From Bacillota bacterium (GTDB taxonomy: Bacteria > Bacillota_I > Bacilli_A > RF39 > UBA660): DNA of 64,000 nt. Location: positions 8,733 to 72,732 of the forward strand of contig JAEWBI010000037.1 in assembly GCA_023391185.1 (NCBI GenBank). Reading direction: 5' to 3'. Positions 19,205 through 28,298 of this stretch are shown one piece after another. Under the pieces are notes generated by a model. The model did no database searches. It was not told where the DNA came from and worked only from the letters and a program-made list of their open reading frames with translations. Both the position numbers and the translations under genes were made by a program. Each line of letters begins with the position of its first letter. Positions within the stretch are counted from its first letter, which is position 1.

Positions 19205-19228
19205 ATACATTAAAGGAGGAATAATATT

Positions 19229-19525
19229 ATGGCAAGATTTACTAAGGAAATGGTCGTAGATTATGCAGATAAGTTATTAATTGGTTTAACAGAAGAAGAA
19301 GTAACAATGGTATTAGATGAGTTTGAAATTATAGATAAGAATATTGATTTAATTAATGCAATACCTAATATTTCAAAAGTAGAGCCAATGACTCATTGTT
19401 TGGATAATTTTATATATGAATTAAGAGAAGATGAACCAGAGGAATCAGTAGATATCGATGAATTATTACAAAACTGTGATAGTTATTTAAATAGAGAAGT
19501 TAAAGTACCAAAGGTGGTGGAATAA
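19229..19525 (+). CDS. gatC: Asp-tRNA(Asn)/Glu-tRNA(Gln) amidotransferase subunit C
   Basis: 98 aa, RBS AAAGGAGG, typical GatC sequence (VDYADKLLIGLTEEEV...EPMTH), directly upstream of gatA/gatB. Confidence 0.9.
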   Translation: MARFTKEMVVDYADKLLIGLTEEEVTMVLDEFEIIDKNIDLINAIPNISKVEPMTHCLDNFIYELREDEPEESVDIDELLQNCDSYLNREVKVPKVVE

Positions 19526-19526
19526 C

Positions 19527-20984
19527 ATGGATTATATGAGAAAAAGTATTGAAGAAATTCATGAAGCATTAATTAAAAATGAAGTTTCGGTTCAAGATTT
19601 AATTAATGAATCAATAGAAAAATCACACTTAGTTCAAGAAAAATGTAATGCTTTTGTAACAATATTAGATGGAACTAAGGAAAATAAAGTGACTTCTAAT
19701 TTATTATCAGGTATTCCTTATGGGGTTAAAGATAATTATAGTACTAAAGGTGTATTAAGTACTGGATCTAGTAATACACTAAAAGATTACATTCCATTTT
19801 TTACAGCTACCGCTATAGAAAATTTAGAAAAAGCTGGAGCAGTTGCAGTTAATAAAACAGTTTTAGATGAGTTTGGTATGGGTGGTACAGGTACAACAGG
19901 GCATACTGGTATTGTAAGAAATCCATGGGACTTATCTAGAATGTGCGCAGGTTCTTCAGCAGGATCTGCAGCCGCAGTAGCAGCAGGTGTGTATCCATAT
20001 GCTACTGGTAGTGATACAGGAGACTCTATCCGTAAACCAGCTGCGTATTGTGGAATAGTTGGTTATAAACCAACTTATGGAATGATATCAAGATATGGAT
20101 TATTTGCTTTTGCGAGCAGTCTGGATCACTGTGGAGTTTTAACTAGAAGTGTTAAAGATGCTGCAATAGTTGTTGATAACATGAAGGGTATAGACAAAAA
20201 TGATATGACTAGTTGGGATTCAAGTAGTATAGAATTGTATAATTCAATTACAGGAAATGTTTCTGGCAAAAAAATGTGTTATATAAAAGAAATATGTGAT
20301 ATTAGTATGTTCCCAAATGCATCAGATGAATTAAAGGAACATTTAAGTAATTTCAACAAAGTTTTAGATAAATGCAAAGAACTTGGAATTGAAATAGAAG
20401 AGGTTAGCATAGATAGAACTCTTTTAAATGCTGTTCCTTCTGTTTATGTAGTTATTTCATGTGCAGAAGCAACCTCTAATATGTCTAATTTAACAGGTAT
20501 TATATTTGGGCCTAGAGGTGAAGGAGATAACTATATTGATAAGATGAAAAACTATAGAACCACAGGTTTTTCTCCATTAATAAAGAGAAGATTTGTAATA
20601 GGATCTTATGTTTTACAAGCTCAAAATAAAGATAGATATTTCCATAATGCTCAAAGAGTTAGAAGACTTTTAGTTGACGAATGGAATAAACTTTTTGATA
20701 AATATGATGCTGTTATTTTACCAGTAGGTAGTGGCCCAGCTAAACAGTTAGATGGATCAGAAGACATATTAGATAAAAATACAGCCATTTTAGAAGAACA
20801 CTTACAAGTAGGTAACTTTGGAGGATTCCCATCAATTACTATTCCAGATGGATTTATTAACAATCTGCCAGTAGGTGTTAACATTACTGGTAAATGCTAT
20901 GATGATGTCAATGTACTAAATCTAGCATATGCTTTAGAAAGTAAAATGGAGTATAAAAATCAAATAGCTAAGGAGGTAAAGTAA
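19527..20984 (+). CDS. gatA: amidotransferase subunit A
   Basis: Amidase signature (GIPYGVKDNY...AGSSAGSAAAVAAG...GSDTGDSIRKPAAYCGIVGYKPTYG); 485 aa. Confidence 0.95.
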   Translation: MDYMRKSIEEIHEALIKNEVSVQDLINESIEKSHLVQEKCNAFVTILDGTKENKVTSNLLSGIPYGVKDNYSTKGVLSTGSSNTLKDYIPFFTATAIENLEKAGAVAVNKTVLDEFGMGGTGTTGHTGIVRNPWDLSRMCAGSSAGSAAAVAAGVYPYATGSDTGDSIRKPAAYCGIVGYKPTYGMISRYGLFAFASSLDHCGVLTRSVKDAAIVVDNMKGIDKNDMTSWDSSSIELYNSITGNVSGKKMCYIKEICDISMFPNASDELKEHLSNFNKVLDKCKELGIEIEEVSIDRTLLNAVPSVYVVISCAEATSNMSNLTGIIFGPRGEGDNYIDKMKNYRTTGFSPLIKRRFVIGSYVLQAQNKDRYFHNAQRVRRLLVDEWNKLFDKYDAVILPVGSGPAKQLDGSEDILDKNTAILEEHLQVGNFGGFPSITIPDGFINNLPVGVNITGKCYDDVNVLNLAYALESKMEYKNQIAKEVK

Positions 20985-22441
20985 TGGATAAATATAGAGT
21001 ATTAATAGGACTTGAAATGCACTGTGAAATAAGTGAAACAAAGACAAAAGTTTTTTCAAGCGCTTTAAATGATTATAGTGATGTTCCAAACAGTAACATA
21101 AGACCAGTAGATATGGCTTTTCCTGGAACTTTACCTGTCTTAAATAAGGAAGCAGTAAAAAAATCATTAATGGCTAGTATGATTCTTGGTTGTAAACAAC
21201 CAGAATATATATTTTTTGAAAGAAAGAACTATTATTATCCAGATTTACCAAAGGGTTATCAGATTACTCAGGAAACTAAACCAGCACCAGTCGGAATATA
21301 TGGTGAGTTAAAATATGAGTGTGATGGTGAATATAAAATTGTAAGAATCAACAATATACATCTAGAGGAAGATGCTGCATCAACAGATCATTATTCAAGA
21401 TATTCAACAATCGATTATAATAGAGCAGGAGTACCTCTTCTTGAACTTGTTACTGAACCAGATTTTCAATCAGCAACTGAAGCAGTAGCATTTCTTGAAA
21501 CTATGAGAACTATATATCAATATACTGGTATTAGTGAAGCTGATAGTAGAAAAGGTCAATTAAGATGTGATGTAAACGTATCAATTATGGATATAGATAA
21601 AGATGAAAAAAATCCTGAAAACTGGGGAACAAAAGTTGAAATTAAAAACATTAATTCCCTTGGTGGCGTAAGAGATGCGATTAACTATGAAGTTGCTAGA
21701 CAAATAGAAGCAAAAGAAAACAATTCTTATGACAAGATTGAACAACAAACAAGAAGATGGGACGAAGCTACTATGACTACTGTATATATGAGAAGCAAAG
21801 TAGATGCTATTGACTATAAATATTTTGTTGAACCAAATATACCAAAATTTAAATTATCACAAAAATGGTTGGAAGATATTAGGGCTAATATACCTGTTCT
21901 AGCTGTTGAAAGAAAAGAAAAGTATATTAATGAATATGGTTTGTCAAATTATGATGCTACCATATTAGTTAAAGAAAAAGCAATTTCAGATTTTTATGAA
22001 GAAACTATTAAATTAGGTGCTGATCCTAAAGTAAGTTCAAACTGGATGACTACCATGGTTTTAGGTCATTTAAATAAAGCAGAACTTGAATTAAAGGATA
22101 TCTTTCTAACACCAGCTTATTTAGTGGATTTAATTAATTTAATAAATAGTGGAGAAATATCTTCAAAACAAAGTAAAGAAATATTCTATAAAATGTTAGA
22201 AGAAAAGAAAGAACCTAAAAAGCTTGTTAAAGAAATGGGAATGAAACAAATTGGTGATGAGTCTACATTAAGACCTATGATTATTTCAATTATTGAAGAA
22301 CACTTAGAATTAATTGAAGAATATAGAAAAGGTAGAAATGTGTTTGACTTCTTTGTTGGACAAGTAATGAAACAAACTCGTGGTCAAGCAAATCCAACTT
22401 TAACTGCGCAAATAATTAAAGAAGAAATAGATAAAAGATAG
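20984..22441 (+). CDS. gatB: amidotransferase subunit B
   Basis: VLIGLEMHCE..., RKNYYYPDLPKGYQITQ, IHLEEDA, DYNRAGVPLLELVTEP and the C-terminal YqeY-like tail. ATG overlaps the gatA stop (ATGA-type junction). Confidence 0.95.
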   Translation: MDKYRVLIGLEMHCEISETKTKVFSSALNDYSDVPNSNIRPVDMAFPGTLPVLNKEAVKKSLMASMILGCKQPEYIFFERKNYYYPDLPKGYQITQETKPAPVGIYGELKYECDGEYKIVRINNIHLEEDAASTDHYSRYSTIDYNRAGVPLLELVTEPDFQSATEAVAFLETMRTIYQYTGISEADSRKGQLRCDVNVSIMDIDKDEKNPENWGTKVEIKNINSLGGVRDAINYEVARQIEAKENNSYDKIEQQTRRWDEATMTTVYMRSKVDAIDYKYFVEPNIPKFKLSQKWLEDIRANIPVLAVERKEKYINEYGLSNYDATILVKEKAISDFYEETIKLGADPKVSSNWMTTMVLGHLNKAELELKDIFLTPAYLVDLINLINSGEISSKQSKEIFYKMLEEKKEPKKLVKEMGMKQIGDESTLRPMIISIIEEHLELIEEYRKGRNVFDFFVGQVMKQTRGQANPTLTAQIIKEEIDKR

Positions 22442-22450
22442 GTGATACAA

Positions 22451-23827
22451 ATGAAAGATTCTAAAGAATTATATAATACTTATGGTGATTTTATTGGAAA
22501 AGAAGTTACACTACAAGGGTGGATTAAAAATCATCGTAAACAAAAAGAAATGGGCTTCATCGAATTCAATGATGGAACATTTTTTAAGAGTGTTCAACTT
22601 ATCTATAATAGTAAATTAAGAAAATTTGAAGATATACAGAAATTACGAATTGGTAGTGCTATAACTGTTGTTGGGACTGTTATAGAATCACCTAGAGAAG
22701 AACAACCTTTTGAAATAGATGTTAAAGAAATTACTCTAGAAGGTGATTGTCCAGATGACTATCCAATTCAGCCAAAAAGACACACTAGAGAGTTTTTAAG
22801 AGAACAAGCTTATCTAAGACCTAGAACAAATTTATTTGGAGCAGTATTTAGAGTAAGAAGTATAGTAGCTATGGCTATTCATTCATATTTCCAAGAACGA
22901 GGATATGTTTATGTTCATGCACCATTAATTACAGGTAGTGATTGTGAAGGTGCGGGAGAAATGTTTCAAGTAACGACTATAGATGTTGATAACTTGAATG
23001 GTAAAGAAATAGATTATACAAAAGATTTCTTTGGTAAAAAAACTAGTCTTACTGTATCAGGGCAGCTTCAAGGTGAAGCATTTGCAATGGCATATAAAAA
23101 GATATATACATTTGGTCCAACTTTTAGAGCGGAAAATTCTAATACAAAAACACATGCTTCTGAATTTTGGATGATTGAACCAGAAATTGCTTTTTGTGAT
23201 TTAAATGGTTTAATGGATATAGAAGAAGATGTTTTAAAATATATAATAAAATATACTTTAGAACATGCTAAAGAAGAATTAGAATTTTTTGATAAGTTTG
23301 TAGAAACAGGTCTTATTAATAAGTTAGAAAAAGTAGTAAATTCTAAGGCTGCTAGAATAACTCACAAAGAAGCTATAAAGATATTATTAAAATCAGGCAA
23401 AGATTTTGAAAACAAACCTGCTTATGGTGAAGATCTTGCTACTGAACATGAAAAATATCTTACAGGAGAACATTTTAATAGTCCTGTATTTGTTTCTGAT
23501 TGGCCAAAAGATATAAAAGCATTTTATATGCGTATGAACGATGATAAAGAAACAGTTGCAGCTGTAGACTTATTGGTGCCAGGATCAGGAGAACTTATGG
23601 GTGGTTCTCAAAGAGAAGAAAGAATAGATTTAATGCTTGCTAGAATGAAACAACTCGGAATTGATTCTAGTGAAATGGATTGGTATTTAAATTTAAGGAA
23701 ATTTGGTGGCTGCAAGCACAGCGGATTTGGTATGGGATTTGAGCGCTTACTTATTTATATAACAGGTGTTGAAAATATTAGAGATGTTATACCTTTCCCA
23801 AGAACTCCAAAAAATTGTGAATTTTAA
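22451..23827 (+). CDS. asnS: asparagine--tRNA ligase
   Basis: Class IIb aaRS with FRAENSNTKTHASEFWMIEPEIAF and GGSQREER...GFGMGFERLL motifs characteristic of AsnS. ATG 22451 after RBS AGGTGA. Confidence 0.92.
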   Translation: MKDSKELYNTYGDFIGKEVTLQGWIKNHRKQKEMGFIEFNDGTFFKSVQLIYNSKLRKFEDIQKLRIGSAITVVGTVIESPREEQPFEIDVKEITLEGDCPDDYPIQPKRHTREFLREQAYLRPRTNLFGAVFRVRSIVAMAIHSYFQERGYVYVHAPLITGSDCEGAGEMFQVTTIDVDNLNGKEIDYTKDFFGKKTSLTVSGQLQGEAFAMAYKKIYTFGPTFRAENSNTKTHASEFWMIEPEIAFCDLNGLMDIEEDVLKYIIKYTLEHAKEELEFFDKFVETGLINKLEKVVNSKAARITHKEAIKILLKSGKDFENKPAYGEDLATEHEKYLTGEHFNSPVFVSDWPKDIKAFYMRMNDDKETVAAVDLLVPGSGELMGGSQREERIDLMLARMKQLGIDSSEMDWYLNLRKFGGCKHSGFGMGFERLLIYITGVENIRDVIPFPRTPKNCEF

Positions 23828-23838
23828 GAGGTGATAAA

Positions 23839-25581
23839 ATGAAAGGTAATAAATATAGAACAATCTACTGTGGTAAAGTTACCAAAGAAGATATTGGTAA
23901 AGTTATAAGAATTGCGGGCTTTGTTGAAAATATAAGAGACCATGGTGGTATTATATTTGTTGATATCAGAGATGAATCAGGAAGTATTCAAACAGTAAGC
24001 AATGATGACAAAATTTTTGATCATATTACGCGTGAATCTTCAATAACATTACTTGGTACGGTTAGACTTAGATCTGAAGATACAATAAATACAAGACTTG
24101 CCACAGGTGAGCTAGAATTATTAGTAACAGAACTTGAGGTATTAGGTAAAGCAAATAATGAACTTCCATTTGAAATAATGACTTCAAAAGAGGTTAAAGA
24201 AGATATAAGATTGAAATATAGATATTTAGATTTAAGAAATGAAAAAGTTCATGAAAATATAGTATTTAGATCTAAAGTGATATCATACTTAAGGGAAAAA
24301 ATGAGTAATATGGGATTTTTAGAAATACAAACTCCAATTTTAACTTGTTCTTCTCCAGAGGGTGCTAGAGATTATATAGTTCCCTCAAGAATATATCATG
24401 GAAAATTCTATGCTTTACCACAAGCACCACAAATGTTTAAACAATTACTTATGGTAAGTGGTTTTGATAGATATTTTCAAATAGCGCCTTGTTTTAGAGA
24501 TGAAGATGCTAGAGCAGACCGTGCTCCAGGCGAATTCTATCAATTAGATTTTGAAATGGCCTTTGCTGAAGCTGAAGATGTATATGCTGTAGCTGAAGAG
24601 GTTTTATATGATACATTTACTAAGTTTAGTAATAAAGAAGTTAGTAGTAAACCATTTAGAAGAATATCTTATGCAGAGTCAATGCTAAAATATGGAACAG
24701 ACAAACCAGATTTAAGAAATCCTTTAGAAATTATTGATTTAACTGAAGTATTTACTGATACAACATTTAAACCATTTGTAAATACTGCGGTAAGAGGTAT
24801 TGCAGTAGATGATATTGGAACTAAATCAAACTCCTGGTTTAATGAATTAGTTGACTATGCTAAGACACTTGGTATGCCAGGAATTGGTTATGTAACCCTA
24901 ATGGAAGATGGATCTTTAAAGGGGCCAATTGATAAGTTCTTATCTGAAGAAGAAAGAGACTTATTAATAAACAAAGCTAATCTAAAGACAAACAGCGTAT
25001 TATTTTTTATCGCTGATAAGAAAAAAGCTTCTACTTTAGCAGGTGCTATGAGAAGTGAAATTGGTAAAAGACTAGAATTAATTGATAATAATAAATTTGA
25101 GTTTTGTTTTATCGTAGATTTTCCAATGTATGAATGGGATGAAGAAGAAGATAAATATGTATTTACGCATAATCCTTTCTCAATGCCACAGGGTGGTATG
25201 GATGATCTATTAAATAAAAAACCTGAAGAAATTCTTGCATATCAATATGATATAGTATGTAATGGTGTTGAATTATCAAGTGGTGCAGTTAGAAACCATG
25301 ATTTAGAAATTATGGAAAAAGCCTTTGATATAGCTGGCTATTCAAAAGAGGAACTAGAAAGACGTTTTAAAGCATTATATACAGCATTTCATTATGGAGC
25401 TCCTCCACATGCTGGTATGGCTCCAGGTGTTGATAGAATGATTATGCTTCTAAAGGATGAAGAAAGTATCCGCGAAGTAATAGCCTTTCCAATGAACAGT
25501 AGTGCTCAAGATTTAATGATGGGTTCACCTAGCGATGTAACCGAACAACAATTAAGAGATGTACACATAAAGATAAGGTAA
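23839..25581 (+). CDS. aspS: aspartate--tRNA ligase (discriminating vs non-discriminating not decidable by eye)
   Basis: 580 aa, bacterial-type AspS with GAD insertion: PQMFKQLLMVSGFDRYFQIAPCFRDEDARADR, FYQLDFEMAF, GAVRNH, PPHAGMAPGVDR. Confidence 0.95.
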   Translation: MKGNKYRTIYCGKVTKEDIGKVIRIAGFVENIRDHGGIIFVDIRDESGSIQTVSNDDKIFDHITRESSITLLGTVRLRSEDTINTRLATGELELLVTELEVLGKANNELPFEIMTSKEVKEDIRLKYRYLDLRNEKVHENIVFRSKVISYLREKMSNMGFLEIQTPILTCSSPEGARDYIVPSRIYHGKFYALPQAPQMFKQLLMVSGFDRYFQIAPCFRDEDARADRAPGEFYQLDFEMAFAEAEDVYAVAEEVLYDTFTKFSNKEVSSKPFRRISYAESMLKYGTDKPDLRNPLEIIDLTEVFTDTTFKPFVNTAVRGIAVDDIGTKSNSWFNELVDYAKTLGMPGIGYVTLMEDGSLKGPIDKFLSEEERDLLINKANLKTNSVLFFIADKKKASTLAGAMRSEIGKRLELIDNNKFEFCFIVDFPMYEWDEEEDKYVFTHNPFSMPQGGMDDLLNKKPEEILAYQYDIVCNGVELSSGAVRNHDLEIMEKAFDIAGYSKEELERRFKALYTAFHYGAPPHAGMAPGVDRMIMLLKDEESIREVIAFPMNSSAQDLMMGSPSDVTEQQLRDVHIKIR

Positions 25582-25597
25582 CCCTTATCTTTTCTTT
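25571..25597 (+). terminator. intrinsic terminator of the gat-asnS-aspS operon
   Basis: AGATAAGG-taac-CCTTATCT followed by a T-rich run; overlaps the aspS stop. Confidence 0.6.
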
Positions 25598-25804
25598 GTG
25601 TAATGTTTTGGCGTGATATAAGCATAAATTATTTATTTGTCAAGACATAAAAAGCAAGTATTTTCCTTTATTTTCAATAAAAATGCGCGAAAAGTTCTTG
25701 CAATTGTATGTAAAAAATGATATTCTTTAATTGTAAGCAAGATAGATGATAGTTGTGTATCAATAAAAGCTTATGATAATAAAAACACATGGGAGGTAAT
25801 TTAT

Positions 25805-26077
25805 ATGTCAAAAACTGATTTAGTAAACTATATTGCAGAAGAAACTGGATTAACAAAAGCTGATTCAGCAAGAGCATTAGAAGCTTTTGTTGGTGGTGTA
25901 ACTGAAGGTCTTAAAAAAGAAGGTAAAGTAACTTTAACTGGATTTGCTACTTTCACTGCTAAGAAAAAAGCTGCTAAAACAGGACGTAACCCACGTACTG
26001 GTGAAGCTGTATCTATTCCTGCAAGAGTTGCTGTAACTGTTAAAGCTGGTTCTAAATTAAAAGACGCTTTAAACTAG
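25805..26077 (+). CDS. hup: HU-family DNA-binding protein
   Basis: 90 aa, MSKTDLVNYIAEETGLTKADS...GRNPRTGEAVSIPA; canonical HU. Confidence 0.93.
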   Translation: MSKTDLVNYIAEETGLTKADSARALEAFVGGVTEGLKKEGKVTLTGFATFTAKKKAAKTGRNPRTGEAVSIPARVAVTVKAGSKLKDALN

Positions 26078-26086
26078 TCCAAAAAG

Positions 26087-26108
26087 AAAGGCTTTGTTGC
26101 CTTTTTTT
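26087..26108 (+). terminator. intrinsic terminator after hup
   Basis: AAAGGC-tttgtt-GCCTTT followed by T-run. Confidence 0.7.
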
Positions 26109-26126
26109 CATGTGAGGAGGAATTTT

Positions 26127-27230
26127 GTGTTAGATAGTTCACTTAAAGTATTAGAAAAAATAGACGAGAATGGATTTGAAGCGTATATAGTTGGTGGATT
26201 TGCTAGAGATAATTATATTGGAAGAAATAGTACAGATGTAGATATTTGTACAAATGCTACTCCAAAAGAATTAAAAAATATATTTCAAGCTAGCATGCTT
26301 CCAAAAGAACAATATGGCTCTGTTGCTGTAATATATAAAAAAATAAGATTTGATATTACTACTTATCGCAAAGATATAAAGTATGAAAATAATAGATTAC
26401 CTATCGAAATAGAGTATATAAATAATTTAATGGATGATTTAAAACGAAGAGACTTTACAATGAATACGCTTTGTATTAATAAAAATGGTGATTATGTTGA
26501 TCTTTTAAATGCAATGGAAGACATTGATAATAAAATAATAAGAACGGTTGGAAATGCAAAAGAAAAATTAAATGAAGACTGTCTTAGAATACTAAGAGCA
26601 ATAAGATTCGCGACTATTCTTGATTTTGAATTAGATGAAGAACTAAAAATTGCTATAAAAGAATATGGTTATTTACTAAAGAAACTATCGTATTATAGAA
26701 AAAAAGAAGAGTTAGATAAAATTTTTAGCAGTATTAATGTAAGACGAGGTATAAATTTATTAATAGAGTTTAATTTAGATAAGTATTTGGACTTAAATGA
26801 TTTAGATAAAATTGTTATTGTTTCATCACCACTAGGAATTTGGGCACAATTAGATGTACTAAATACATATAGTTTTTCTAATATAGAGAAGTATTCAATA
26901 GAAACAATAAACACAATAAAACATAAAAAAATTTTTGATAATTATGAACTATATAATTATGGTTTATATCTTACTTCACTTGTCGCTGAAATTAACCATT
27001 TAGATAAAAACGCATTAATTAAAAGATATATGAGTCTTCCAATTAAAAATAAAAGAGATATATTAATTGATGGTAAAGATATATGTAACATTTTAAATAT
27101 TACACCTTCTAAAATGGTTAAATATATAATTGAAGATTTAGAAAAGAAAATAATATATGAACAATTAGAAAATAATAAAGATGTTTTAGTGGATTATATT
27201 AAGAAGAATTATTCTGGAAGAGTTGAATAA
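26127..27230 (+). CDS. cca: CCA-adding tRNA nucleotidyltransferase
   Basis: GGFARD...DVDI class-II nucleotidyltransferase head plus RRDFTMN and EDCLRILRAIRFA motifs. GTG 26127 after RBS GAGGAGG is preferred over the track's upstream start. Confidence 0.85.
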   Translation: MLDSSLKVLEKIDENGFEAYIVGGFARDNYIGRNSTDVDICTNATPKELKNIFQASMLPKEQYGSVAVIYKKIRFDITTYRKDIKYENNRLPIEIEYINNLMDDLKRRDFTMNTLCINKNGDYVDLLNAMEDIDNKIIRTVGNAKEKLNEDCLRILRAIRFATILDFELDEELKIAIKEYGYLLKKLSYYRKKEELDKIFSSINVRRGINLLIEFNLDKYLDLNDLDKIVIVSSPLGIWAQLDVLNTYSFSNIEKYSIETINTIKHKKIFDNYELYNYGLYLTSLVAEINHLDKNALIKRYMSLPIKNKRDILIDGKDICNILNITPSKMVKYIIEDLEKKIIYEQLENNKDVLVDYIKKNYSGRVE

Positions 27231-27278
27231 TTCTTTTTTAATTGATATAATTTATCTATGATAGGTAGGATCGATAGT

Positions 27279-28232
27279 ATGAGTAAAAAGAAGGGATTCA
27301 CATTAGTTGAATTACTTGCGGTTGTAATAATACTTGGTATTATTAGTATTATTATATATCCAGTACTAAATAAAGTATTAAAAGATAATAGAAAAAAAGC
27401 TTTTGAAGCTAGTCTTGATTCAGTAGTTAGGGCAGCTGAACTATATAAAGCAGATAATAATAATAATTTAGATATTATTGATTATGATGACGGAACAATA
27501 GATATAAGCAATCTTGGTAAATGGAAAACTGGTACCATATCAGATGGTGTTGATACAGATGGTTTAACAAAAATTTATCTAGCCGGCTTTTATGATGGGG
27601 AATTTTGTGCAACTGGATTTAGTGGTAATCTTACAATTGTTGAAGGAGAGTGTGAAAGTGTTCCTCAGCTTTGCTTTATTATGGAAAATAATACAATAAC
27701 AGATTATGGGTTTGAGTATAGTGCTTGTCCTTTAGATATTGTAATTCCAACAAAAGTATATAATGAAGATGTACTATATATAGGTACTGGTGCTTTTTCA
27801 AGTTCAATTATTTCTTCTGTAATTATTCCAAATAGTATAAAAGAAATTGGCAATGGGGCCTTTTCAGAAACTATGCTTACTTCACTAGACTTAACTAATG
27901 CAACTTCATTAGAAAAAATAGGTGCATCTGCATTTAGTGGTACTTATTTGAGTACATTAGATCTAAGTAATCTTTCTAGTTTAAAAGAGATTGGTGAAAA
28001 TGCATTTAGAAATTGCAACTTATCGTCAGTAACAATACCAAGCTTGGTTACGAGTATTGGAAGTGGTGCCTTTTATAAATATGATTCTTATTCAAATCCA
28101 ACTCTAACATCAATAGTCAATAAATCAACTACTCCATTTAATTGGTATAATATTTTGAATGTAGGAACTTCTGCAACTTGTACATTTGCAGGGGCAGGTA
28201 CTTGTGGAACAGTAACAATTACAACAAGTTAA
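27279..28232 (+). CDS. type IV pilin-like (prepilin N-terminal methylation domain) protein fused to BspA-type leucine-rich repeats
   Basis: MSKKKG|FTLVELLAVVIILGIISIII is a classical prepilin leader/cleavage motif. The C-terminal half has LRR_5-like repeats (IPNSIKEIGNGAFS..., LSSLKEIGENAFRNCNLSSVTIPSLVTSIGSGAF). Confidence 0.75.
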   Translation: MSKKKGFTLVELLAVVIILGIISIIIYPVLNKVLKDNRKKAFEASLDSVVRAAELYKADNNNNLDIIDYDDGTIDISNLGKWKTGTISDGVDTDGLTKIYLAGFYDGEFCATGFSGNLTIVEGECESVPQLCFIMENNTITDYGFEYSACPLDIVIPTKVYNEDVLYIGTGAFSSSIISSVIIPNSIKEIGNGAFSETMLTSLDLTNATSLEKIGASAFSGTYLSTLDLSNLSSLKEIGENAFRNCNLSSVTIPSLVTSIGSGAFYKYDSYSNPTLTSIVNKSTTPFNWYNILNVGTSATCTFAGAGTCGTVTITTS

Positions 28233-28252
28233 GGGGCATTAGCCCCTTTTTT
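28232..28252 (+). terminator. intrinsic terminator after the pilin-LRR gene
   Basis: AGGGGC-atta-GCCCCT followed by T6. Confidence 0.8.
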
Positions 28253-28253
28253 A

Positions 28254-28282
28254 TTGATAATTAAGTAAAAAAAAGTTATAAT
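28254..28282 (+). promoter_or_regulatory. original host dus promoter (now drives the truncated fragment and antisense-int transcription)
   Basis: TTGATA (28254-28259), 17 nt, TATAAT (28277-28282), then RBS AAAGGTGA and ATG at 28299. Confidence 0.6.
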
Positions 28283-28298
28283 GTATAAAGGTGATTTC

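Noticed and set aside
25674-25877. Minus-strand 67-aa ORF overlapping the hup promoter and start
   Set aside because: It overlaps a canonical HU gene and its leader, has no RBS, and its composition is Leu/Gln-rich AT-driven.
28281-28298. Upstream ATG (28281) given by the track as the start of the dus fragment
   Set aside because: That ATG lies inside the -10 hexamer of the predicted promoter. ATG 28299 has an RBS and aligns with the start of the intact Dus.
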